In this document: piece after piece, positions 16,658 through 24,543 of the stretch
Position numbering within the stretch: position 1 is the stretch's first letter
Layout of the letters: the number at the start of each line of letters is the position of its first letter
Notes under the pieces: model-generated
The model's database searches: none
What the model was told of the DNA's origin: nothing
What the model saw: the letters and a program-made list of their open reading frames with translations, nothing else
Translations under genes and position numbers: made by a program
From: Solirubrobacterales bacterium
Lineage (GTDB): Bacteria; Actinomycetota; Thermoleophilia; Solirubrobacterales; 70-9
Direction of reading: 5' to 3'
NCBI GenBank assembly: GCA_036257785.1
Contig: DATAFA010000035.1
Span: 1 to 47,571 of the forward strand
Length of the DNA: 47,571 nt

Positions 16658-17500
16658 TCAGTGACCGCTGCTCGGAACCGGGACCGTGGTGCGATGGATT
16701 GCGAGCAGCTGCAGCCGGTAGGTCTCCTGCTTGTCGCCGTAGACGAACGTCTGCAGATCGCCCTTCTCCATCAGCAGGAACTGGCAGTCGTTGCGGCCCG
16801 GGTCGCATTTGCCGTCGCCGGACGTCTCGGTGACGTCGGCGGACACCACGAAGGCCGCGTGGGTGCCATCGCTATCGCCCTGGACGAACTGGACGACCGG
16901 GCGCTTGTCGCCGGGCAGGAACTGCAGCGCCTCGACGTCCCTGAGGACCTTCGTCTTGCCGGCGCGGCCGACGCGAACGTCGATCGTCGTCTCGACGATG
17001 CGATCCTCGCCCTTGCCACCGTGCTTGCCGCCGGAGTTGCCGGGGCTCGAGGGAGCGGTGCCACCGGTCGTGCTCGACGAGCTGCTCGTGTCGGTCGACG
17101 TCGACGAGCTCGTGTCCGTCGCGGTCGAGCTCGAGACGCTCGTGTCGGTGGTCGCGGAGCTGGAGTCCCCGGTCTGTTCGAGATTGCCGGCGCCGCCCTG
17201 GGCGGTGTCCTTGCCGGTCATCTGCTGCTTGAACGGATCGCGGCTGTTGAACCGGCTGAGGCGCTGCTTGTAGTCACGCAGCCCCGGGACGTCGGCGAGG
17301 ACGACCGGCGCGAGCTCGTCGCCGTCCCCCGCAACCCCGCTGGTGGCGGCCGGAGCGGTCGGCGGGACCGGCTCGGAGCCGCCGCCGAGCAGGAACGGGA
17401 CGGCGACGATGGCGACCGCGAGCGCGATCACGACCGGCAGCAGACGCCGGTCCCGAAGGTCGCGGTAGACGTCCTTGAGCATCTCGCCACCCTTGTTCAC
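16658..17500 (-). CDS. Membrane-anchored protein of unknown function occupying the pilP/pilQ slot of the pilus operon
   Basis: 280 aa. GTGA overlap with the pilO stop (alternative ATG at 17482). One TM (LLPVVIALAVAIVAVPFLL), a ~45-aa Ser/Thr tract, and a C-terminal ~110-aa beta-rich domain with two Cys (GKCDPGRNDC). Confidence 0.6.
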   Translation of the reverse strand: MNKGGEMLKDVYRDLRDRRLLPVVIALAVAIVAVPFLLGGGSEPVPPTAPAATSGVAGDGDELAPVVLADVPGLRDYKQRLSRFNSRDPFKQQMTGKDTAQGGAGNLEQTGDSSSATTDTSVSSSTATDTSSSTSTDTSSSSSTTGGTAPSSPGNSGGKHGGKGEDRIVETTIDVRVGRAGKTKVLRDVEALQFLPGDKRPVVQFVQGDSDGTHAAFVVSADVTETSGDGKCDPGRNDCQFLLMEKGDLQTFVYGDKQETYRLQLLAIHRTTVPVPSSGH

Positions 17501-18348
17501 GGGGACACCGCCGCCGTCGGAGCCGCCGTGGTCGCCGAGGAGTCGCTGACCGTGACCGGCGCGTCGGGCGAGCCGACCGGCGCGGGCCCGGCCGGGGTCG
17601 CGCCGGCAGCGATGCCCTGATCGGCCGGGACCATGTATGTGGTGACCGCGATCTGGGCGGCGACGCTGGGGAAGCCCTGGACGGGGTCGGCCGACATCGC
17701 GAAGCCGTCGACGGTCATCAGCCGTCCGTGAGCGACCGGGTTGCCCCCGTCGTCGGAGACCTTGACCCGATCGTCGAGATCCGCGAAGAGCCCGGCCATG
17801 TCGAAGAACCCGCCGGTGTAGCTCAGCGTGTAGGGGGTGATGGGGAGTCCGGCCGGGCCGACCGCCGCCCCGATCGGCAACGTCGCGGCAGCCGTCTCGG
17901 TCGCGGCCGCGGTCGTCGTCGAGGCAGTGGTCGTCGTCGACGAGGTCTCGGTGTTGGTGTCGGTGCTCGACGACGTCTCGGTCGGTGCCGGTGCGGTCGG
18001 AGCCTCGGTGGCGGCTGCGTCGTCGCTGATCTGGAACGACTGGAAGTCGAGGTCGTTGTTCGCGCCCATCTCGTTCAGGTCGCTGATCAGCGTTGCCTGA
18101 TCGTCGTCCTCGGGCACCGCGGTGCCGAGCTTGACGATGTCGGCGTAGTTCTTCGAGAACGCGGCGCGGGCCGATTCCGCGGTGCTGATCTCGCTCTCGG
18201 CGAGCGTGATCTCGGAGTTCAGGGAATCGATCTTGTCCTGGAGCTCGCCGGCCTCCTTCTGCTTCGGCGAGAGCACCAGCAGGTAGAAGCCGATCGCCAG
18301 CGCGATCAGCGGCAACGCGAAGAGGATGGTGCGGTCGGTGCCCTTCAC
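17497..18348 (-). CDS. pilO: Type IV pilus assembly protein PilO-like
   Basis: Trimmed to GTG 18348 (GGAGG 5 nt upstream, 1 nt after the pilN stop). TM (ILFALPLIALAIGFYLLVL), coiled-coil segment (KQKEAGELQDKIDSLNSEITLAESEIS), Ser/Thr linker, C-terminal domain. Called by position after pilN and by architecture. Confidence 0.65.
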   Translation of the reverse strand: MKGTDRTILFALPLIALAIGFYLLVLSPKQKEAGELQDKIDSLNSEITLAESEISTAESARAAFSKNYADIVKLGTAVPEDDDQATLISDLNEMGANNDLDFQSFQISDDAAATEAPTAPAPTETSSSTDTNTETSSTTTTASTTTAAATETAAATLPIGAAVGPAGLPITPYTLSYTGGFFDMAGLFADLDDRVKVSDDGGNPVAHGRLMTVDGFAMSADPVQGFPSVAAQIAVTTYMVPADQGIAAGATPAGPAPVGSPDAPVTVSDSSATTAAPTAAVSP

Positions 18349-18349
18349 G

Positions 18350-19180
18350 TCAGCCTCCGGAGGGCAGCAGGTTGGTGGCGCGATCCGTCTTCGCGTCGGC
18401 CTGGTCGACCTCGTTGCGGGCCTGCTGGTTCTGGGCCTCGACCTGGCTGACACCGCCGTCGCTCTCGGTGCTCGTCGTCGTCTCGGTGGTCGTCGAGGTC
18501 GTGGTCGACGAGGTGTCCGGAGCGGCGCCCGGCACCGCGACGCCGTCGAACGCCGCCACCAGGTGGAACTGCGGAATGCTCGGCTTGGTCTGGCAGCTGC
18601 CGGTGCTCGATCCGGAGGAGGAATCGGATTTCGACGAATCCGCCGCCGTCACCCGGGTGATGCCGTCGATGTCCTTCATCGCCGCCACCAGGCGCGCCAC
18701 GTCATTGTGGCTGCGGCCGCATCCGGCCAACACGAGAGCGGGGCCGGGGATCGAATCCCTCAACCCGCCGTCCTCGGCCCCTGCGTCCTCGACCTGAACG
18801 TCCGGAGTGACGGTGCCGGTGAGATTGGTGAGCCAGATGTGTTGCGGCAGGACCCGCGACAGCTCCTCGAGGACGCGCTGCCAGTCGAAGCGGCTGGTCG
18901 CGAGTTGCGAGACGGTCGCGATCCGGGCGTCGTGGATGCTCTGGAAGGTCGTGTAGGTGGCGAGGCTCTCGGCCCGGGCCGATGTCTCGGCCGCCTTCAC
19001 CTCGAGCGTCGCGACCTCGGTCTTCTTGTCGTCGACCTTCTTGCCGAAGACGACCATCGCCGTGACCCCGACGAGGATCAGGGCCAGGGCCCCGATCACG
19101 ACGTAGACCAGTGAGCCGGTGCGCGTCGGCGCGGCCGTCCCGCGGCGCTGCTCGGGCGGGATCAGGTTGACCGGGCGCAT
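18350..19180 (-). CDS. pilN: Type IV pilus assembly protein PilN
   Basis: MRPVNLIPPEQRR.. followed by a TM and coiled coil, typical of the PilN N-terminus. Trimmed from track ORF 18350-19612 to ATG 19180, 2 nt after the pilM stop. Confidence 0.75.
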   Translation of the reverse strand: MRPVNLIPPEQRRGTAAPTRTGSLVYVVIGALALILVGVTAMVVFGKKVDDKKTEVATLEVKAAETSARAESLATYTTFQSIHDARIATVSQLATSRFDWQRVLEELSRVLPQHIWLTNLTGTVTPDVQVEDAGAEDGGLRDSIPGPALVLAGCGRSHNDVARLVAAMKDIDGITRVTAADSSKSDSSSGSSTGSCQTKPSIPQFHLVAAFDGVAVPGAAPDTSSTTTSTTTETTTSTESDGGVSQVEAQNQQARNEVDQADAKTDRATNLLPSGG

Positions 19181-19182
19181 CG

Positions 19183-20313
19183 CTACGAATCCAGCCCGAG
19201 GCCGTAGGACAGGGTCAGGCGGGCTGCCTCGGCGTCGCCGAGGCCGGCCAGGGCCGCCGGGCGGCTGATGCGCATCGCGTAGCCGAGCTCCTTGGCGAGG
19301 TTCTCCGGCAGGCCGGTCACGGCACTGCCGGGACCGCAGAAGATGATCTCCTCGACCGCGACGGCTCCGTCCTGGGTGCCGTAGTAGTCGAGCGAGAGGC
19401 GCAGCTCGTCGGCGAGCTTGCGAGCGCCCTCCTCGAGCACCTCGCGCGTCGCTGCGGCGATCTCCGGCTCGCCGTCGATCGACTCCAGCTCCGCTTCGAG
19501 GCCGACGTGGGAGATCCACTGCCGCGCGTGCTCCAGGGTCAGCTCGCGGCGCTCGGCGAGCCGCTGCGCGATCCCCTCCATGCCGAAGTTCGAAACCCGG
19601 GTGAACAGGCACGTCGATCCGGTGGCGACCGCGAGGTTGGTGACGTCACCGAGCGCGCAGAAGAGCCGGGCAGGAGGCGGCGGCAATGCGACCTCGCCGG
19701 CGCCGCCGGCGGCCGCCATCCGTTCCTCGTAGCTGATCTCGGGGGTCGCCGTGCTGATCGCCGGAAGCTCGGGAGCGAGCGCGCGGAGCATCGCGAACGC
19801 CGAGACGTCGATCCCGACCGGTCGCAACCCGGCCGCGCGGACTCCTTCGACGAGGCCGCCGACGGTCTCCTTGCGGGCGGCGACGAGCACGACCTTCATC
19901 TGCCCGGAGGCGGACGTAGTCGCGTCGGGCTCGAGCACCTGCCAGTCGAGTACGGCATTGTCGAGCGGCATCGCGACCTGGTCGGCCGCCTGGAAGCGGA
20001 TCGCGGTCTCGAGCTCGGACTTGTCCTCGATCCGCGGCATGGTCATCGTTCGCACCATCACCTTCTGGCTCGCGACGCCGACGCGGACGTTGCGGGCGAG
20101 CTTGTTGGCGGCGAACAGCTCCTTGAGGGCGTCGCCGAGCGCGGCCGGGTCCGTGACCTCGCCCTCGCGGGTCACCCCGGGCGCGAGGTCGGCGATGCCG
20201 GTGCGGCCGAGCTTGACGCCCCCGTTGGTCGTCACCTCGCTCGCGGCGATGCTGCCGGCCTCGATGTCGAGCCCGACGATGGTCTGTGCTTTTCCGGCAG
20301 AAAGAATGTTCAA
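19183..20313 (-). CDS. pilM: Type IV pilus assembly ATPase-fold protein PilM
   Basis: TIVGLDIEAGSIAASEV.., actin-like fold pattern throughout. Start set at TTG 20313 (GAGGA ~9 nt upstream). The longest ORF would start at TTG 20355. Confidence 0.85.
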   Translation of the reverse strand: MNILSAGKAQTIVGLDIEAGSIAASEVTTNGGVKLGRTGIADLAPGVTREGEVTDPAALGDALKELFAANKLARNVRVGVASQKVMVRTMTMPRIEDKSELETAIRFQAADQVAMPLDNAVLDWQVLEPDATTSASGQMKVVLVAARKETVGGLVEGVRAAGLRPVGIDVSAFAMLRALAPELPAISTATPEISYEERMAAAGGAGEVALPPPPARLFCALGDVTNLAVATGSTCLFTRVSNFGMEGIAQRLAERRELTLEHARQWISHVGLEAELESIDGEPEIAAATREVLEEGARKLADELRLSLDYYGTQDGAVAVEEIIFCGPGSAVTGLPENLAKELGYAMRISRPAALAGLGDAEAARLTLSYGLGLDS

Positions 20314-20373
20314 AGCGTTCCCGTCCTCAGGGGACTGATCGGCGCTACACCCCAAGCCCTTGAATCCCGTCGA

Positions 20374-21135
20374 TCAGCCGGGAAAGAACGTGTCGGTGTA
20401 CCAATCGACGATGTCGGGGCCGGCGAAGATCGCGATCAGCCCTCCGAGCGCCAGGAACGGGCCGAACGGGACCGCCTGCTTGCGCGCTTCGGGCCCGAGC
20501 CGGGCGATCAGGACGAGCCCGTAGAGCGCCCCCGCCGCGAAGCCGATCAGCAGCGCCGGGGCGACCGCCTTGCCCAGGTAGATGCCCATGACTCCGGCGA
20601 GCTTGACGTCACCCATCCCCATCCCCCGCGGATAGACGATGGCGACCAGGAAGAGCACCGCGAACGCGACGGCGGCGGCGATCGCGTGCTCGGCGAGGGC
20701 GTCGCGGTCACCGGCGACGAGCAGGGCCGATCCGATTACCGCCGAGACGATCAGGATCCTGTTCGGGATCACGCGGTGCTCGAGGTCGGTGAGCGTGATC
20801 GCCGCCAGCGTCGCCGCCAGGCAGGCGCTCAACGCGATCGCGATCCCGTCGTCGGGATAGCGGAGCAGGATCGCGACGAAGACCGCGGCGAGGCCGGCCT
20901 CGAGCAGCGGATAGGTCGCCGGGACCTTCGTGTCGCAGTGGCGGCAACGGCCCCGCAGGGCCAGATACGAGAAGACCGGGATGTTGTCGTAGGCGGCGAT
21001 CTGGGTGCCGCAGTGCGGGCAGCGCGACCGCGGCGCCACGATCGACTCGCCGAGCGGCACCCGGTGGGCGACGACGCTGAGGAAGCTGCCCGCGATCAAC
21101 CCGAGCAGGGCCATGAAGACGATCTGAGCAGCCAC
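20374..21135 (-). CDS. pilD: Prepilin peptidase (A24 family)
   Basis: 253 aa. CPHCGTQI..CRHCDTKV zinc-type Cys pairs, RGMGMGDVKLAGV and PFGPFLALGG catalytic-Asp regions, 6-8 TM. Confidence 0.9.
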   Translation of the reverse strand: MAAQIVFMALLGLIAGSFLSVVAHRVPLGESIVAPRSRCPHCGTQIAAYDNIPVFSYLALRGRCRHCDTKVPATYPLLEAGLAAVFVAILLRYPDDGIAIALSACLAATLAAITLTDLEHRVIPNRILIVSAVIGSALLVAGDRDALAEHAIAAAVAFAVLFLVAIVYPRGMGMGDVKLAGVMGIYLGKAVAPALLIGFAAGALYGLVLIARLGPEARKQAVPFGPFLALGGLIAIFAGPDIVDWYTDTFFPG

Positions 21136-21175
21136 GGGTGCGGATTCTCTGCGGTCGGGCCCGTTCCTGCCGGCG

Positions 21176-22561
21176 CTAGCCGAGGGGGGTCTTCGTCTCG
21201 ACCTCGAGCCGGCTGTCGAAACGGATCGTGTCGTACTGGAACTGGAACTGGTTCGATGCGCCGCCGATCCTGTCGAGCCCGATCGCGACCCCGATCTTCT
21301 CGTAGTCGGCGGCGCTCACCGCTTTCAGGATCGTCTTCGGCGCGAACGTCATCGGCACCGTCAGCTCATCCCACTCACCCTGCGCCCAAGTCATCGTCGG
21401 CGTCGACGCGGAGGTGAGCACGGTGTCGACGCCGGTGCTCTCCTTGCGGAGGAAGACGACGACGCAGAGCTTGCCCGTGACCTGGACGTCGTTGATCGAC
21501 CGGGTCCAGAGCTTCAGGGTCGTGCCGCCCTGGAGGTCGTAGGCGGCGTCGGCGTTGACCGGTCGTGACACCCAGACGTGCATCTGATCCGCCGTCCGGG
21601 TGCTCGTCGCCGGCAGCAGCCCGGAGCTGCTCGGCGGCGTGCTGCAGCCGTCCGTGGCCGGTCGGTCGAGCTGCAGGCCGGCGTCGAGGATCGGCGGATC
21701 GGCCGCCGGTGGCTCGAGGTCAGTCGCGTAGTCGAGGTCGTCGACGATGTCGATCGTCTCGTCCGGCGCCGAGGTCAGCAACGCGTCGGGGCGGTTGTTC
21801 GACCCGCTCAGGCAGTCGAGCCCGCGGGTGTCCCGCGTCGGGTGGTTCGAGGCGGCGTTGCCGATCGTTCGCGCCGGCTCGGTGGTCGGCTCACAGCGCC
21901 GGTCGGAGAGCCAGAACTGCTGGGCGACCGTCGGGGTGCCGAGCTGGGGCAGGTTCGGGTTCGACCCGACCGAGTCGGTCGGGTTGATCGCGTCGGACTG
22001 GAGCTCGATGTAGCCGCGGGTGCCGCCGCTCGCCGTCGTGTCGAGCGAAACCGCCACGATCGCCCGCTTGAAGTCCTGGCTGCCCGGACAGAGCAGCTCC
22101 TGGCATCGTGGATCGTTCTGCCAGACGATGAACCGCTGGATGGTCCCCGAGACGTCGCCGCTGGTGAACGCCTGCGGGCCCGGGTTCACCGTTCCGCCGC
22201 TGACCGTCCCGCCCTTCGTCAGCGTGCCGCCGTTGACGACCATCGGCGCCGGGTCGGTGCCGTTGCGGTGGAGCGCGAAGTTCCCGGAGCTGACGCGGTT
22301 CCGCGGATCGGCGGCGTCGTTGGAGTGCGCCGGCGCCGACGTCATCGCCAGGCTCGTGTAGGGAATCGTCCGCAGCGCCTCCATCTCCCGCTGGGCGACA
22401 TCGCTGGCGACCTGTGACTGCTCACCGCGATAGGTGGCCTTGCGGGCGCCGGCCAGGGTCGTCATCAGAGCCGCCGCGGCGATCACGAGCAACATCGCGG
22501 CGACGAGGGCCTCGACGATCGTGAAGCCCTCCTCGGAGCGGATCGAGAGGTTCATCCTCAT
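21176..22561 (-). CDS. Large minor pilin / pseudopilin with prepilin-type N-terminal methylation motif
   Basis: 461 aa. N-terminus ..SEEGFTIVEALVAAMLLVIAAAAL (G/F cleavage site, Glu at +5). Confidence 0.75.
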   Translation of the reverse strand: MRMNLSIRSEEGFTIVEALVAAMLLVIAAAALMTTLAGARKATYRGEQSQVASDVAQREMEALRTIPYTSLAMTSAPAHSNDAADPRNRVSSGNFALHRNGTDPAPMVVNGGTLTKGGTVSGGTVNPGPQAFTSGDVSGTIQRFIVWQNDPRCQELLCPGSQDFKRAIVAVSLDTTASGGTRGYIELQSDAINPTDSVGSNPNLPQLGTPTVAQQFWLSDRRCEPTTEPARTIGNAASNHPTRDTRGLDCLSGSNNRPDALLTSAPDETIDIVDDLDYATDLEPPAADPPILDAGLQLDRPATDGCSTPPSSSGLLPATSTRTADQMHVWVSRPVNADAAYDLQGGTTLKLWTRSINDVQVTGKLCVVVFLRKESTGVDTVLTSASTPTMTWAQGEWDELTVPMTFAPKTILKAVSAADYEKIGVAIGLDRIGGASNQFQFQYDTIRFDSRLEVETKTPLG

Positions 22562-22562
22562 C

Positions 22563-23126
22563 TCAGGTCCCGACCGCCCCGGTGACGTTGCGAAGGGCGA
22601 CTCCGTCGCTGACCGTGATCGCGTCGTCGGAGCTCGGGCCGCTGAGGTTGAGCGTCAGCGAGATCGACGTCGGCGAGGTCGCCGAGGGCGAGTAGGTGAA
22701 GACGTTCGTGCTCGCCAGGCCGGTGATCACGGTCGCCGTCGACGCATTGGCCCCATTCACCTCGCTGACCGTGCGGGTGCACGAGTTGGCCGTGCAGCTG
22801 TAGACGACACGGCACTGGACGGCCGTCGTCCCGGCGCCGCCGGAGCAGTTCGAGGCGGTCTGGATGTAGGTGTCGACGCTGAGGCTGCTCGCCGACGCGG
22901 AGTTGACGTCGTAGGCCTGCCGGAGCTCGCGGGCCATCCGCTCGGCGGCGATCTGACCCTGCTGGATCGACGTGTTCGAGTCCTGGATGGCCGGCTCGGT
23001 GCGGATGACGACCTGCAGGAGCGTGAAGCCGGCCGCGAGGACGAGCAGCATCAGCGTGATGCCGACGAGCAGCTCGACCAGCGTGAAGCCGGCTTCGCGG
23101 TCGGTTGTGGCTGCAGGAGGCTTCAT
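22563..23126 (-). CDS. Minor pilin with prepilin-type N-terminal methylation motif
   Basis: 187 aa. ..DREAGFTLVELLVGITLMLLVLAAGF, four Cys in the globular part. Confidence 0.75.
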   Translation of the reverse strand: MKPPAATTDREAGFTLVELLVGITLMLLVLAAGFTLLQVVIRTEPAIQDSNTSIQQGQIAAERMARELRQAYDVNSASASSLSVDTYIQTASNCSGGAGTTAVQCRVVYSCTANSCTRTVSEVNGANASTATVITGLASTNVFTYSPSATSPTSISLTLNLSGPSSDDAITVSDGVALRNVTGAVGT

Positions 23127-23214
23127 GGCGGCGCGGCCCTGTCATCCACCATCGGCCGCCGCGGCCCCGACCTGAAGCCCGGCGGCGGGTTTGCGGACGG
23201 ACCCGGGAACGAAG

Positions 23215-23271
23215 CGAGGCGGGCTGTTGAGCCCGCCTCGTTCGTCCCCCGGCCGATCCATGGTGGATCGG
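23215..23271 (-). terminator. Two hairpins immediately downstream of pilA
   Basis: 23253-23271: CCGATCCA-tgg-TGGATCGG. 23215-23240: CGAGGCGGGCT-gttg-AGCCCGCCTCG (perfect 11 bp), followed on the minus strand by CUUCGUUCCC. Confidence 0.5.
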
Positions 23272-23280
23272 TTGGTCCGG

Positions 23281-23721
23281 TTACCAGTTGCCGCCGTTGC
23301 AGCCGCCGCTGTCTCCGGTACAGCTGAGCGTGGTGATGCCGGTGTCAGCTCGTTCGACCGAGAACGTGTTACCGGTCTCGGAGGTGACCGTGAGCTTGTA
23401 CGCCTTGTCGGCGGCGGAGTCCACGACCAGAGCGGGCGGAGCCTTGCTCGTCCACTCGGTCAGCGTCGTCTCGATGCCGGCCAGGTCGGTGGCGTCGGCG
23501 CCGGTGTACTTGCCGCCGTTCTCGGTCGCGTAGGTCTCGATGGCCGTCTGGGCCGTACGGGCACCCGACTTGGCGTCGGAGTCCGTGGCCTTGTCCCTCT
23601 GTGCGAAGAACGACGGAATGGCGATCGCGGCCAGGATGCCGATGATGAGCATCACGACCAGGAGCTCGACGAGAGTGAAACCTTCCTCGTCGGTCCAGCG
23701 AGCGCGGAGTCTGTCCAGCAT
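23281..23721 (-). CDS. pilA: Major type IVa pilin
   Basis: 146 aa. ..DEEGFTLVELLVVMLIIGILAAIAIPSF, C-terminal Cys pair (SCTGDSGGC) typical of the pilin D-region. GAGGAGGG lies upstream of the ATG. Confidence 0.85.
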   Translation of the reverse strand: MLDRLRARWTDEEGFTLVELLVVMLIIGILAAIAIPSFFAQRDKATDSDAKSGARTAQTAIETYATENGGKYTGADATDLAGIETTLTEWTSKAPPALVVDSAADKAYKLTVTSETGNTFSVERADTGITTLSCTGDSGGCNGGNW

Positions 23722-24026
23722 AGTTACCCTCCTCAGGGTCTACTAAGTGGAGCCAGAGCCTGTCGCCAAGCCATTCGGAGTACGAACCCCAGTGGTAACC
23801 CGGCTTGCTCCCCGATGACGGAGAGCTCCGTGGTTTTGCGCCCCCACCTCGCGATGAGTTTGCCTTTGCACCAGAGCTCCAGCTCTATTTCATTTACCCG
23901 CGACCTATCGGATGCTGGGATGGCCACCTTTAGCGGCGTTGATGGATGCATCGAACATCCGCTGAGTTCGCCCGCCCATCGACGCCTGGGGGCTGGCCCT
24001 CAGACCGGCGCCCGCTCGGCCCGCTG

Positions 24027-24518
24027 ATGGCCGCCCGCCGGCTGATCATCGTCCTGCTCGTCCTCTTCGCCGTCTCGATCGTCGCGGCGTTGATCGCCCC
24101 CGAGCGGCGCGGACCCCTGCTCGGCGACGGCTCGAGCACCAGCACCGAGTCGACGACGACCGCGGCGACCACGACGACGAAGCCGGAGAAGACGACCGCG
24201 GTGACGCCGCCGCGCGGCGACTCGCTGACCGTGCGGATCGACGCTTCGACGGCCGAGCCCGAGAGCGTCGAGGCGTTCGTCGGCGACCAGCTCGAGCTGA
24301 TCGTCGGCAGCGCCCGGGCCCGCGAGATCGAGATCCCCTCGTTCGGGGTCACCGAGGACGCGGTGCCCCGGGCACCGGCGAACTTCAACCTGCTGCTGCG
24401 CGAGGCCGGCCGGCTGCCGATCCTCGACGCCGACAGCGGCGAGCTGCTCGGGCGCCTCGACGTCGACATGCCTCACGGCCAGGACGGGCAGCGTTCGCAG
24501 CGCCGGTCATCGAACTAG
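24027..24518 (+). CDS. Membrane-anchored hypothetical protein with Thr-rich linker
   Basis: Track ORF 23946-24518 trimmed to ATG 24027. TM (LIIVLLVLFAVSIVAALIA), linker SSTSTESTTTAATTTTKPEKTT, ~100-aa C-terminal beta-type domain without obvious metal ligands. Confidence 0.55.
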   Translation: MAARRLIIVLLVLFAVSIVAALIAPERRGPLLGDGSSTSTESTTTAATTTTKPEKTTAVTPPRGDSLTVRIDASTAEPESVEAFVGDQLELIVGSARAREIEIPSFGVTEDAVPRAPANFNLLLREAGRLPILDADSGELLGRLDVDMPHGQDGQRSQRRSSN

Positions 24519-24537
24519 TTAGCGTGCTAATAATTAT
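24519..24537 (+). promoter_or_regulatory. Palindromes / AT-rich box directly upstream of the MarR gene
   Basis: TTAGC-GT-GCTAA (24519-24530) abutting the perfect 8-mer ATAATTAT (24530-37), only 6 nt before the TTG start at 24544. Confidence 0.35.
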
Positions 24538-24543
24538 CGCGCT

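Noticed and set aside
17040-18020. Repetitive DNA (gacgagctcgtgtc-like units) that could be mistaken for a CRISPR or other tandem array.
   Set aside because: The repeats are imperfect, in frame and encode Ser/Thr/Asp linkers inside PilO and the downstream gene. There is no repeat-spacer periodicity and there are no cas genes.
23733-23951. 72-aa minus-strand ORF upstream of pilA as a real gene.
   Set aside because: GC3 is only about 60% against >90% in neighbouring genes. It has no SD and no recognisable motif. It is treated as non-coding or remnant and mentioned only in a finding.
23722-23960. Sigma54 (TGGCAC-N5-TTGCW) promoter upstream of pilA, as in Pseudomonas/Myxococcus/Geobacter.
   Set aside because: I scanned both strands by eye. 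The nearest candidates (TGGTGCAAAGGCAAA, TGGCCATCCCAGCAT) have the wrong -12 element or spacing. No pilR/pilS genes lie in the window.
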